Counted from the first letter of the whole stretch, positions 48,891 to 60,982 are shown. The stretch: DNA of 62,631 nt, filler included, from Dicyema japonicum (GCA_011109175.1; 7 parts of 7 records of this genome joined end to end with filler, not necessarily neighbours in it), one strand, 5' to 3'. Notes: generated by a model from the letters alone, not told the origin. A program made the numbers and translations.

Positions 48891-50009
48891 ATTGACTTAA
48901 AAAATTATATTTTTACTTTTTTTGACAATGCGAAACGAAAACTAATGTTCTGAAATGCCTCACAGGAATATGGAAGATCGAAAAGCATTATGTTCTGAGC
49001 ACTGTATATAAACAATTCATTGAACCATACATCTCTTATGCATGTGGTATATGGGCACACTCATCTCTTGGACGAATATCTTGAAATTCAAGGCTAGCCG
49101 GAAAAGAGCCTCCAAAATCACGGAACGCTGGATTTCTGGNNNNNNNNNNNNNNNNNNNNNNNNNNNNNNNNNNNNNNNNNNNNTTAATTAATTAANNNNN
49201 NNNNNNNNNNNNNNNNNNNNNNNNNNNNNNNNNNNNNNNACATTTTTACACATTTGTACAACTATTTTCACCTCCACTATGAATCAGTTGTTTTAATTAT
49301 TAATAGTTTCATTACTTGCATATTATTGCATTTTTTGTTATTACCATCTCCGCAGGATTATAGCCTTATGAGACCAAGTCAGAAGGGAATTACGAAATTT
49401 TTAATAAATTGAAAGACTGGATAAATATAAATTTGATTTAAGTGAATTTTGACTTTATGTGATTATAAAATTTATGTTTCCGATCAAATTCTATACAATT
49501 GCAGAGTTGTCTCATGAATCTACTCTTACGAGAACTCAATAAGATGGCGATATAGATTTTGGCTTTTTGCTAGAAGAAAAAGATTTTTTTATTAAGATAA
49601 AGATCCTCAATTAATTTAATATAGATATTTAAGTGAAGATAATTTAAAGATAAGTGGTTTGTTGGAGGCAGAAAGGGATGTGAGGTATTATGAAAGTAAG
49701 GATCTTTCATAAAGTTTGCGACCAATTTTTCTTGCTGTATTTCGAATCGCATTGAAAATGTCTCTGATGGGTTATCAATGAAAGAATCTATCCTTTGATA
49801 AGGATTTCTTTGACTTTAATTACTACAATTATGTAAAGACTTCCGAAATTTGATTAGAATACCATATTAATGCACGTGTTTTTAACCCTTGCTGGTATTG
49901 ATGGAGCAGTTTATCATTATTAATTTAAGATCTTGTCAAAGATAGTTATTATTATTAATAGCACTTTCTAAGAACAAAAAAAGTAATTTATTTTATTAAG
50001 GTTTCGCCT

Positions 50010-51612
50010 GTGCCGTATTTTTCTTCAGATTATTCCTTCTCCCACAATTCTCTTAACTAACTTCCTATATGCTCCACGGTTACTGTCAATTATTCTGAGC
50101 GTATCCAAATCGTCTACTGTTTCTAGCTTTCGTCTTACATTGGTCAGGTCCTTGTGCAGAACCTCTGGCAAAGTTATGCGAGGTCTTCCATGGAACGAGG
50201 TATCCACTTTTTTTGTTTCCAGAATCGTTATCAGAATATTTAGTTCTCGTGCTTCACCATCCAATTTTTTGATGTTTTCCCAGTATTTTTGATTGAAGGC
50301 CAGCTGATAATGACTGGAAATGGCCGATAAATTTTCATTCTTGTTCAACATAGTCTTTCCAAACTGATCATGTATTGTAATTTTTGATGACTGCGTGTCT
50401 CTATGTAGTAGGTGAACAGCCTCCGTTTTTGAGCCTTTCTACTTCTTTAGCCATTCCAACAAGTTTATTTTCCTTCATTTCCCTCGTTCTTTTCTTTATT
50501 TTATAAAGGGATTGGTTCCGCATGATTCTTAGAGTGTGTTCCTTTGCCCGTTCGGGACAGGTTCGACCTGCAAACGTAGGTTCCTCTGCAATTTGGATAG
50601 TTCTTCAAGCTCGTGTCATAGTGTCTGTTGAAATGCTTCGGTTTTACTCCAACTGTTCATTGGGCCGCGTACTTTATTGCATCAATGGTGTCTTGCCACA
50701 GCTCCCCAGGCATTTTTTCTTTATGTCACTTACTGATCTTTTCTCTCAATGTATTTTGATAGCTTTTTCGAGTCGGTCCCACCATGCAGAGTTGCTCCAC
50801 TGCGAACCTCCTTTCAAATATCCTCATGCCAGCCGCGTTGGAAACCCCAAAATATCGTTTGAAAAAGAAACATGCCACGACCAATCTGTGATGACTATCT
50901 ACTAGTGCCCCACTGTAGCACTGAGAATCTGTTAGTAGTCTCTTGTAGGCTTGTTTGTAAATAATGTGATCTATTTGGTTATATAGGCTTGATAGTCCCA
51001 GATTTGTCTTTTCGGTAGCAGCTCCATGTCGTCCTATGTCTTGCTGAGTGCCTGAAAACAGTATTGCATAGAAATAGTTTGATTGTATTGCAAAATTCGA
51101 TAAGCGATTCTCCTGACTGGTTCCTGATCCCTCTTTCATGGCTTACCATGAATTCTTCGTGACTACTCCCACGTCCTACCATTGCGTTCCAATCTCCGGC
51201 AATGTATATCATGAACGATGTTTCTAAAGATGCATATACTTGGAACAAGAGAGAATAGAAGTCTCCTAGTTCGTCTCCATTGATTGGTACTCTCACCGAA
51301 GTTGGTGCATATACATTAATAATGGAGATTATGGAATTGTTCTTTTCACCGTATTTTAGTTGTAAAACACATATTCTATCACTCACCCTCCACGTCTTGT
51401 AAATTCGATTGTTCAGTTTTTTTGTATTGCAAATCCCATGCCGTAGTGTGGGCAGTCCGAAGGGTGCAGAATCAGGCGGAAATCATTGTTGATTTCATCT
51501 AGTCCGCTTTTTACTTTCGTTTCCTGTAATCACGCCACGGTTACCTTGTACGATCCTCCACGCATAATCCACGCATAAATTTCTTCGTTTAGTATCCGAC
51601 TTTAATCCTCTT
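50010..51612 (-). mobile_element. RTE-like LINE (second subfamily), APE plus linker joined to the extreme C-terminus, RT missing; 5' end cut by linker
   Basis: SDRICVLQL, INVYAPT, AGDWNAMVG, NQIDHII and DSHHRLVV motifs; the linker joins FHGRPRITLPEVLHKDL near 50240. Confidence 0.85.
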
Positions 51613-51779
51613 NNNNNNNNNNNNNNNNNNNNNNNNNNNNNNNNNNNNNNNNNNNNTTAATTAATTAANNNNNNNNNNNNNNNNNNNNNNNNNNNNNNNN
51701 NNNNNNNNNNNNGTTTCAAACCACAAAAGAATCATTTAACAAAAATCAGATACTCATGTTTATGAGGCTTTTTTGAAAG

Positions 51780-51990
51780 TAAGGGAATAATTCATGATTT
51801 ATGCACGTGGTAGCTAACTTGATGGTCTGGAAGCATGATTTATCATTCAAGACTATCGGCGGCGAATAAAACTCTTCACGTTATTTTGTTACCAATTCGG
51901 ATATGACATTTAACTGTGATGAATCTGCGTTGTTTTAAACGGACACCTCGTATTCATAATCTTTGTAAGACAGTCACACTTCTTTACTGT
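51780..51990 (+). mobile_element. pogo/Tigger transposase remnant
   Basis: TFNCDESALF*.RTP matches the IFNxDETGLFYK motif; an upstream GS*LDG segment resembles the CENP-B HTH GWL motif. Confidence 0.5.
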
Positions 51991-52530
51991 CGTTGACCTG
52001 GGAGATAGGGTGAAACCATCATCGAAAATACAAATCTTCTTGATGTATGAAAAGTTCACAAGTAAGTTTGAATCTAAACAAGTGATTTATTTGGGTGAAT
52101 CACTTGGAAAAATATTTTGTAAACTATCGTTGGAAGTAAATAGAGGAAATATATTACAGATAACTTAAAATCACGTGGGTGACGTTATTCTATCCTCGGT
52201 TTTCGGGGATCCTCACCTTTGGGGCGCTACTAGATGTGGATACCCCAAACCGGAGTCAAACTGTATACTCTATGAAGTGTTTAGTAAGTTGGCTGCCCGA
52301 CCTCACTGACATGTAGGAGACCGGTTAACACCAAGCGAAATGTTCGATGTAGGTCACCTATTATTGTATGCTATTTATATGTAAAAGATGACAATTTTAA
52401 AATTATCCAAAAGGAGTAAAGTTGAATACCTCTCCACAACGCCAGTTTACCCGGCCAACTGTCATTTCCATAAAGGCTGCGTGGGAATGGAATATAGGAA
52501 AAGGTCAAATACATAAGCCCAAAGTCATGT

Positions 52531-52960
52531 CAGAGATTGTCAAACGGTGTGAATGCACACTTATAGTTCCGTGCCACAAGACAATTTCTAGTGTGCCCCA
52601 GCCAAATACAAATTTGAATATATGGTTCCTAGCAAACTAAATAGACATTTTACTTCTAAGCATCCGGACTATTCCAAAAAAATCTGTGGATTATTTTATG
52701 CATCTGAAAAAAACAAAACAAGTATCATTTAGTTTTTACTATTTATTTTAGATCGAGTCAAATTTTGTTTGTGATACTTTTGTGAGCTCAGCGGAATAAT
52801 TGAAATTTCCTTGTCTGACATCTGAATTGATAAAAAAAAAACTGAAACCTCATACCATTGGCGAAAACTTGATAATCCTTTTTTTGTGTCACAGTCAGAA
52901 CACTTATCTGTTAAAGAAAATGAAGAATTTGTTAACTATTTAACGATCCATCCTTAAAAT
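52531..52960 (+). mobile_element. hAT/Buster element 5' end with transposase fragment and 30-nt intron
   Basis: TIR CAGAGATTGTCAAAC; MVPSKL.RHFTSKHPD; intron 52722-52751; KPHTIGENLII. Paralog of 59652-60549. Confidence 0.75.
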
Positions 52961-54589
52961 TAATGATGGTGTTAAATATTGGAGAATTCATATTTTCGAA
53001 ACATATATCCCAGATTATCTACACAAGCACTGACGATTATTTTAAATTTTCAACAACATATTTTTTGTGAAACAGTTTTTCTGCATCTTATGAAATATAA
53101 TATACTAGAAAATTTGAAAAATATTGATGCTGAAATTCGAAACGGCATAAAATAGGAGATAACATAAGACAACTTAGCTAAGTGATTAATTGGCCTGAAG
53201 GTTGGGGTCGCTACGTACTCGTATCGTTTCTTCTTCTAGCTTCGGGAGACGGTAATAGACTTGGGAGACGTTGGAAATACGAAGTTCTGAACAAGGTAAC
53301 ATGCAAGAAGAATACACATTCAAATTTCGTTTAGCCTAAAATTAATAGAACTCAGAGTACTATCAGTCCAGAATCTGTACATAATCTATATACTTAGTAA
53401 AGCTTAAATGTTGTATGTTTGTGCCACCACAACTCGCGGATAAATGGGCGGATTTTAATTTAAAAAAAGTTATAAACAAATAAAAATATTGTCGAAAAAG
53501 TAAGTGAACTAAATATAAAAAATGAGTTACTGAAAATATCGATCATCATGTCAAATGGCGTGACCTCAGTGCTAATTTCAAAAAATTCTCACTTTAATTA
53601 TTTCTAGGCACTAAATGCAAGATCCCAGAGATCCCAGAGTTGAGGGACAATATGAGACAGCCCACGTGGGTAAATGTCAAAACTTGATTTTTTAACACTC
53701 TTTTTAAAAGTGAAATAATATAACACTTATTTCAAGTCTCCTTAGAACATGCGGGATGAAGAATCAGCAGAACAGCATCGCAGTCGGTTAACCAAATTGA
53801 GAATACATGCCCAACAAGTCCGAGGTGTGGAGTTCCCAGAAGAGACTAACGTCGTTTGTCAAATAATCGAAGCTCGCAACTAGTTTTGCATAAATGCAAA
53901 AATTTAAAACTAATTATGTTCTAATTGGATGACTCATCCAAGATTCAACGCAAACCTTAGTATATCCCTGTCTGGTTCTTTACTTGCTCTAAGTTCAAAA
54001 AGGATATTTTTTATTTAAACACCACGACCACCAATAAAGATATGTTAAGCGTACTTATTAAGTGATCCTAAAATTCAACATCTCCCAAAATCTTCTTGAA
54101 TGTTCCGCCAGTGTCCTCCGGCAGTGAATTTCTTTATGCACGATCGAAATTCCTCTGCATAAGCCACCCTTTCTCCGAATGGGTTTCTTACCTCATTGTA
54201 AAACGTAAGAATCGAAGCGGTAGTTCGAATTGGATCCAGCCAGTTTTATCAAAAGAAATANAAAAATGTTAATTCTTTTTTGAAGCCTCTGGATTGAAAG
54301 GAATGTCGAAAAATCTGCCAAACAAAGTTACCTGGAATCTGAAGCTAACTTGATCTACGGAATGGATGGATATACAGCGATACAAATAAAAAACGGAACA
54401 CTCATTTTCTCGATTTTTTTTCTATTGAATGATTAAATTTTTAACAAAAATACAATTTTAAAAATACAAACTTAACTTTAACCTTTTAAAAAAATTAAAA
54501 CGCCCTATATTTTGGTACGTATTAATCAGGGCGAAGATTTTCCCTAACTCTGATGATCTCGTGTGGATAAAAGGAATTATGAATGGGAA

Positions 54590-54950
54590 TTTATATGTAA
54601 GCATCTTGGCGGATAATTTGTTGCCTTTTTTGGAGAAAACAGGAATCTGGTCTCCAGTTTTTGATGATGATCCAAAGCACACCTGCTAGGTGGCTAAAGA
54701 TTTTTTTCAATTAACACGGAATTGAGTTATTAAAATGGCCCCCTCAAAGTCCCGATTTGAATCCAATCGAGCACGTGTGGGCCTTCATGAAACAAAAAAT
54801 AAGGGGAACCGGAATTTAAAAAAAGAGTGACCTATTCGAAAAATTGAAAGAGATTTTGAACGATTTCACGATATAAATCGCATGTTGGATCAATGTGGAG
54901 TAGAATTTCAGAAGCAATAAATGCTCAAGGGGGTCATACTAAATTTTGAA
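54590..54950 (+). mobile_element. Tc1/IS630 (DD34E) transposase 3' remnant
   Basis: DDDPKHT..KWPPQSPDLNPIEHVWAFMK..NAQGGHTKF*. Confidence 0.85.
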
Positions 54951-54989
54951 CTATTTTTGTCTCTTTTTTATTTTGTTTGAAAAAAATGG

Positions 54990-55560
54990 GTTTAAATACT
55001 AACCAAAATTTTTGACGCTTGGATTTTTGTTCGATATATGAACGATGAATCCATTGTTGAAGATTTTGCTTGGAACAACAAAGGGATATGGGATANGTAG
55101 AAATCGTAGCCACTGCATAATAACGTCGTTCTCTCCGTAATCACCGTTAATGATTTTACATTTATACGGAATCGGTTCCAACCCAAATATTGCAAGTGCA
55201 GAGATGGCAGATTCGACCTCTTCGACCACAATTTCCCAATTCCCTCCGATGGTCGCATCATCTAGGTACCATAAGTTCAGTGGAGTTCTGATCACTGATG
55301 CTGCACAATCGATGCCAAAGGTAGAGAGTATGAGGTTAAGAAGGTCTCCTTGTTAAACTCCAGTCTTGGATTCGATGATGTATTGTTTGAAGATCAGCGT
55401 GCATGGAGAACCATATACAAAAGGTGCAAAGTATTGAAGGCACATCAGGCATCTTGATTATTAACACCGACTGCCTCTGTAATTAGCTTTGAAATACAAG
55501 AAGCACCTTGGCATCCTGAGTGGGATAACCCTCTCCGACACGAGCAGATTCAAACGGCGT
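54990..55560 (-). mobile_element. CRE-clade RT fragment
   Basis: TGV*QGDLLNLIL..LWYLDDATIGG..FGLEPIPYKCKII. Confidence 0.75.
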
Positions 55561-56059
55561 AGACATTCAACTGAGTTAGATAAATACATGACAGGTGCAT
55601 ATTAATTTTTGCCAAGATGGATGACAGCGATATCTTAACAGTATAGTCTGCAACTTATGTTGCTGAATAAACCTAGAGAAATAGATAGTTTAATGTGGTG
55701 ATTCAAACGGCGTAGACATTCAACTGAGTTAGATAAATACATGACAGGTGCATATTAATTTTTGCCAAGATGGACGACAGCGATATCTTAACAGTATAGT
55801 CTGCAACCTATGTTGCTGAATAAACCTAGAGGAATAGATAGTTTAATGTGGTACATATTATAAGCGCTTTTACAAAAGTTAAAACACTTACACCCCCCAA
55901 AAAACACAATTTTAGATGGCATTGTCTTTCACGTTCTCGATCATTAGTTAGCGATTTCAATTACTCTAGATTATCTGCAGATTTCAACTCATCTCTCAGT
56001 GCCTTCAGGTTCTTCAGTTGGGTAAATTTTTGGCAATAATCAAAACTGTGCCGTATAAG

Positions 56060-56260
56060 CTTTTTCTTTAGAGGGACATTGGTCGTTTAGACGCATTGAA
56101 TAAAGCCATTAATGCTATTGTATCATTCGCAAAGCAAGCGACCGTCTAAACTTGAAAAACCTATTGAATACTTTAAAATATTAAAAGAGAATTATATCAA
56201 CAGGATTACTTTGAGAAAAAAAGTACTAACAAAATTCAATCTTGTAGCCACTGCCAGGCA
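56060..56260 (+). mobile_element. hAT/Buster BED-region remnant
   Basis: ..KPIEYFKILKE resembles the KP.EYF..LK segment that follows the Buster zinc finger; weak. Confidence 0.3.
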
Positions 56261-57158
56261 AACTAATAAATAGTAGTTTGGCAGGAGAGAGATAAGGTGG
56301 TCTGTTGGTAGCAACTGTGAGCATTTTTCTCCACAGGTGACGTATGTGAAAATAAAAACAATCGATAAAAATAATAGTTGTATTTTTTAGTTACTTTTCA
56401 CTTTAAACGGACTTTGTCTGAAATAATTACAAAAGCCTGATGTTCCCGTATAGTTGGTTAATTAATGATTGTTCCAGAAATGACTGTGAAATTAACAGAT
56501 GTGATGGGTGTCGAATCTTTGGAGATTATGAAAAATACCACTTAGCAATCTATTCGTCAAAGAATAAAATAGGAATAGACATTGCAAATAAATAAATTCA
56601 GATATTAAAAAAATTTCAATTCTAATGGGCTATGTCCCGTGCAGGTCTCCGAGTTATGCACAACACTAAATTCACCTGATGGATATCTGGGAGCGTCCAT
56701 TTTTGGCTGTGACGCTCTTGTTAGTCACAGCTTTCCTTCATTCGAAGGGACCATGGGAAAATAAATGTCAGTTATAAACAATATTTCGACCAATTTAATC
56801 CAGGCATTCAGCTTGACTCGTGTCTCCTCCTTTGATCTTACACAAGCTCGTTAGAGTCGGGTTGTCTCCAAATAACGTTTGGATCAGGCTTCCTCTGCTA
56901 TTCTTTCTGTTTAGGATCTCCAAGGATGTCGACATGTTCTTTTTTTCCGTAGACTACTCTCTGTCAAACAAAAAGTCATTTTTGTACGTATCCGCAATTT
57001 TCTGAGCATTATTCAAAGAGATCAATGGCCCCCGGGGCATATATATAGGAAAGAAGGTTGAAAACAACCGAGTTGGACGATGATTGAAATGTGTATAGTG
57101 AAGGAACTGTGTGGTGGATAAAAACGAAGGAGGTGTAATTTGTGGTGGTCGATATAAG

Positions 57159-57862
57159 NNNNNNNNNNNNNNNNNNNNNNNNNNNNNNNNNNNNNNNNNN
57201 NNNNNNNNNNNNNNNNNNNNNNNNNNNNNNNNNNNNNNNNNNNNNNNNNNNNNNNNNNNNNNNNNNNNNNNNNNNNNNNNNNNNNNNNNNNNNNNNNNNN
57301 NNNNNNNNNNNNNNNNNNNNNNNNNNNNNNNNNNNNNNNNNNNNNNNNNNNNNNNNNNNNNNNNNNNNNNNNNNNNNNNNNNNNNNNNNNNNNNNNNNNN
57401 NNNNNNNNNNNNNNNNNNNNNNNNNNNNNNNNNNNNNNNNNNNNNNNNNNNNNNNNNNNNNNNNNNNNNNNNNNNNNNNNNNNNNNNNNNNNNNNNNNNN
57501 NNNNNNNNNNNNNNNNNNNNNNNNNNNNNNNNNNNNNNNNNNNNNNNNNNNNNNNNNNNNNNNNNNNNNNNNNNNNNNNNNNNNNNNNNNNNNNNNNNNN
57601 NNNNNNNNNNNNNNNNNNNNNNNNNNNNNNNNNNNNNNNNNNNNNNNNNNNNNNNNNNNNNNNNNNNNNNNNNNNNNNNNNNNNNNNNNNNNNNNNNNNN
57701 NNNNNNNNNNNNNNNNNNNNNNNNNNNNNNNNNNNNNNNNNNNNNNNNNNNNNNNNNNNNNNNNNNNNNNNNNNNNNNNNNNNNNNNNNNNNNNNNNNNN
57801 NNNNNNNNNNNNNNNNNNNNNNNNNNNNNNNNNNNNNNNNNNNNNNNNNNNNNNNNNNNNNN
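57159..57862. other. Sized assembly gap (704 N)
   Basis: Run of N. Confidence 0.99.
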
Positions 57863-58414
57863 ACTACTCGTTAATGAGCATTTTCTAATTTGGAAAGTAC
57901 ACTTGTTAACGGTCATGAAATTTCCAATCAAATAATAGATCCCCATTGTATTCCTATTTATAATATTTAGAACCAATATGTGAGTATAGTTTCTAACAAA
58001 AACATAAGTCGTGGTGAAATTAAGAGACCATCACGTGCTACAATAAATCCAGGTTATAACTCCTAGAACGTCTGGATACTTGTAAAAAATAAGTGAAAAA
58101 AGAGAGGTGTCAAATTTTCCAGTTATGACGATTCATCATAAACTTTTATGTCTAATCGTTCTGATACTCCACCTAGGATTTATTTTAAAAACCTGATTTT
58201 GAACACAATGCCCGTGAAGGAATCTACAAGATAAGAGGGTAATGTTAAGGTTATGACGACTCATCATAAACTTTTATGTCTAATCGTTCTGATACTCCAC
58301 CTAGGATTTATTTTAAAAACCTGATTTTGAACACAATGCCCGTGAAGGAATCTACAAGATAAGAGGGTAATCTTGGGGAGAATCTACATCTGAAAAGTCT
58401 ATATAGAGTAATTT

Positions 58415-58610
58415 TTGTATAGGATCCCCATAGAAGAGGACTATAGAAGATAGCATTGGGAGGGAGTCCATTTTGGAGGAATCTATTAAAGATAATACTG
58501 GGAGAGAGTCTATATTGAAGGATACTATAAAGGATAATACTGGGGGAGAGTCTATATTGGAGAGACTATAGAAGATAACATTGGAAGAGAGGCTATAGAG
58601 GAAAATATTG
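58415..58610 (+). repeat. 42-bp minisatellite (~4 units) encoding a 14-aa acidic repeat
   Basis: TIEDSIGRESILEE / SIKDNTGRESILKD / TIKDNTGGESILE- / TIEDNIGREAIEEN, with one frameshift in unit 3. Confidence 0.7.
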
Positions 58611-59017
58611 AGGATGACTCTATTGTCTCTGGGAATTCCATTCATAGTGATGGTGTATTAGTGGGTCCTATAAGAAAGTTGGAACTCCGGATAGTCAAAA
58701 CGATGGGATAATTATGCAAAAGAGAAGGAAAGGTGCAGTGTTTCAGTCAATTCGCTCATATGTTAATAAGGAGTCAACAGTAATAAGAAAATGTATTAAA
58801 TTAACTAACCGTAATGTTTCTCGTAAAGAAGCACTAGTGATAACTGAGAAAAATTAATGCATAATACCAAAATTATTGTTTCATTTCAATTGCTGAGATT
58901 AATAAATTTTTGTTAATTTGTAATTAAAATAAAAAATTATTTTTTAATAAATAATTAATAAATTATTCCTTGAAAGTAATTATCATTTATTAATTCATAA
59001 ATGTAGTGATAAATCTA

Positions 59018-59600
59018 ATGAAAAATATTGTTAAAGGTTGCAATAATTAAACAATTTAATAGGGATTGTGGTGTATATTGTTATTTCGATCTGCCATGTG
59101 AATTCCTTACTGGAATCAAACTACCAAATACTCGGGTAACTACGTGGAGCCTTAATAATATGAAGTACTCCATATTAATAAGAGGAAATTTTAATGTCAT
59201 AATTAATCAAAACGTAAAGGTAGTATGATAATTTTAGAATCAAATTATGAATTTAAACGATTCAGTTATTACATTGACGACCCACGAAAATAGATTAATG
59301 TGGATCATATTTAAAGTTAATGACATACAAGTTTTTTTTCGAATTGCAATTATGAATAATAATTATGAAGTCGTCAGTGTAAATTTATTTATTTATGGTA
59401 TTATGTTATAATATGTTTAGGAACATGGTATTCTAATATTGTTAGTTATAAATTCAAAACTGTATATGAGTGGGATGATACTCTTGAAACTCAATATGCT
59501 GATAATAGTTTTATTTTTAAAGCGGACAAAATGAAAATCCAAATATCCAACACAGGCCAAATTGTAACTTTTTCAAAAGGTGATTATTTTATTATGAATT
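59018..59600 (+). pseudogene. LAMP-like paralog 3 (one frameshift; 3' part displaced by hAT insertion)
   Basis: Introns 59037-59062 (26 nt), 59214-59237 (24 nt) and 59398-59420 (23 nt); donor at 59580. Shares NLND, K.NDI, SV.L and KMKIQI blocks with paralogs 1 and 2. Confidence 0.55.
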
Positions 59601-59651
59601 TAAATTACTAAATACAAATCTACTGAGCCTATTCGAGGTTAACCACTAATT

Positions 59652-60549
59652 CAGAGGTTGTCAAACGGTGTGCCGGCCTGCCAAATACAAATTTATATAC
59701 ATTTTTGACCTAATTAATTTAAAAAGATAAACGAATTAAAATAATTACTAAAATTAAAATAATTATTTTTTATTATATATTAAATGACATTTACATTGGT
59801 TAACCATTATTTATTAATTTTTTAATAACGTGCGCATCAACTTGCTTATGAGTAAATCAGTTCGTCGTTCTTATAAAAATTCTTATTTGTCATTTGGATT
59901 TATATGCAAAGATAAAAATAAACTACCTCAATGTTTAATTTGCATGGAAGTCTCGGCAAATGATGCTATGGTACCTAGCAAACTAAAAAGACATTTTACT
60001 TCCAAGCATCCGGACAATTTTGAAAAATCTGTGGATTATTTTATTCATTTAAAAAACAACTTAAGTATTATTTAGTTTTTATTATGAATCGTAGATCTGA
60101 TGTTCAGTGAAGCTTTTTTTAAACACAAAGGAATCATTGAAATGTTCATACCTGATCTCAGAAGTGATAGCAAAACAACTAAAACCTCACATTATTGGCG
60201 AAAACTTGATAATCCCTGCTTGTCGTATTATTGCTCGGACTATGTTTGGTCATAAATATGAACAAAAAATAATGAAGATACCTTTGTCAGATAATACTGT
60301 TTCTCGTCCGATTTGTGCTGAAATGAGAGTGCCTTTGTCAACCATTCGACCTGATATTGATGATATATGCAACAAAAATAATAATTAAGAATTCATTTTT
60401 TTTATTAATAAAAATTTTGGCATTAAATTACCAATTTTTGTACTTAGTTTTACACATCTTAAAAATTTATTTTTTTTATTTTTTAATGTGTGCCGTGGAT
60501 TATTTTTTTACGATTAGTGTGCCGCGAGAATTATTTTTTGAAAAGCTCT
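59652..60549 (+). mobile_element. hAT/Buster non-autonomous element, 898 bp, ZBED5-like transposase 5' part with 30-nt intron
   Basis: TIRs CAGAGGTTGTCAAA and CAGAGCTTTTCAAA; perfect 8-bp TSD CACTAATT (59644-59651, 60550-60557). BED finger PQCLIC..SKLKRHFTSKH; KPHIIGENLI; IPLSDNTVSR; intron 60065-60094. Confidence 0.92.
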
Positions 60550-60875
60550 GCACTAATTTATAACTTATGTTGCATATTTAGGTTATTTTTATTTCTAATA
60601 TATTTTATGAGATTATTTTAGTCGAGCCAACTACCACAACATCAACTGTGTCTAAGAGATGTGACATTCTACCTCGACTTGATGTAATAAAACACATCGA
60701 GCATGATATGATTATTATTATTATTAAATATGATATGATATTATTTGAATATCACTATAAAATTCATAATGTAATTAAATGTAAATTTAAAAATAAATTA
60801 TATATTCTGATTTTATTATAGATGTTTTAAATATTTGGAAATCGACATTTTATTCTTCAAAACGATTTGGTATTA

Positions 60876-60948
60876 TGTCACATGGCCAAGCGTTACCTAT
60901 GGGCAGCCTGTTACATTAACCTTGAACCAAGATTAACTTCAATTAATT
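60876..60948 (+). repeat. Candidate 3' terminus of the Ginger element carrying 60983-62474
   Basis: Begins TGT after TATTA, as the element at 41159 does, about 100 bp beyond the integrase stop; near-identical copy at 27140-27212. Confidence 0.5.
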
Positions 60949-60982
60949 ATATAAATGATTTATTAACCATAAAAAATTAAAT

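Noticed and set aside
53900-54400. Spliced minus-strand gene fragment
   Set aside because: One good donor (GTAAGA near 54191) but no continuous frame or family match.
56954-57976. Long ORFs of 248-340 aa in the track
   Set aside because: They are translations through the 704-N gap.
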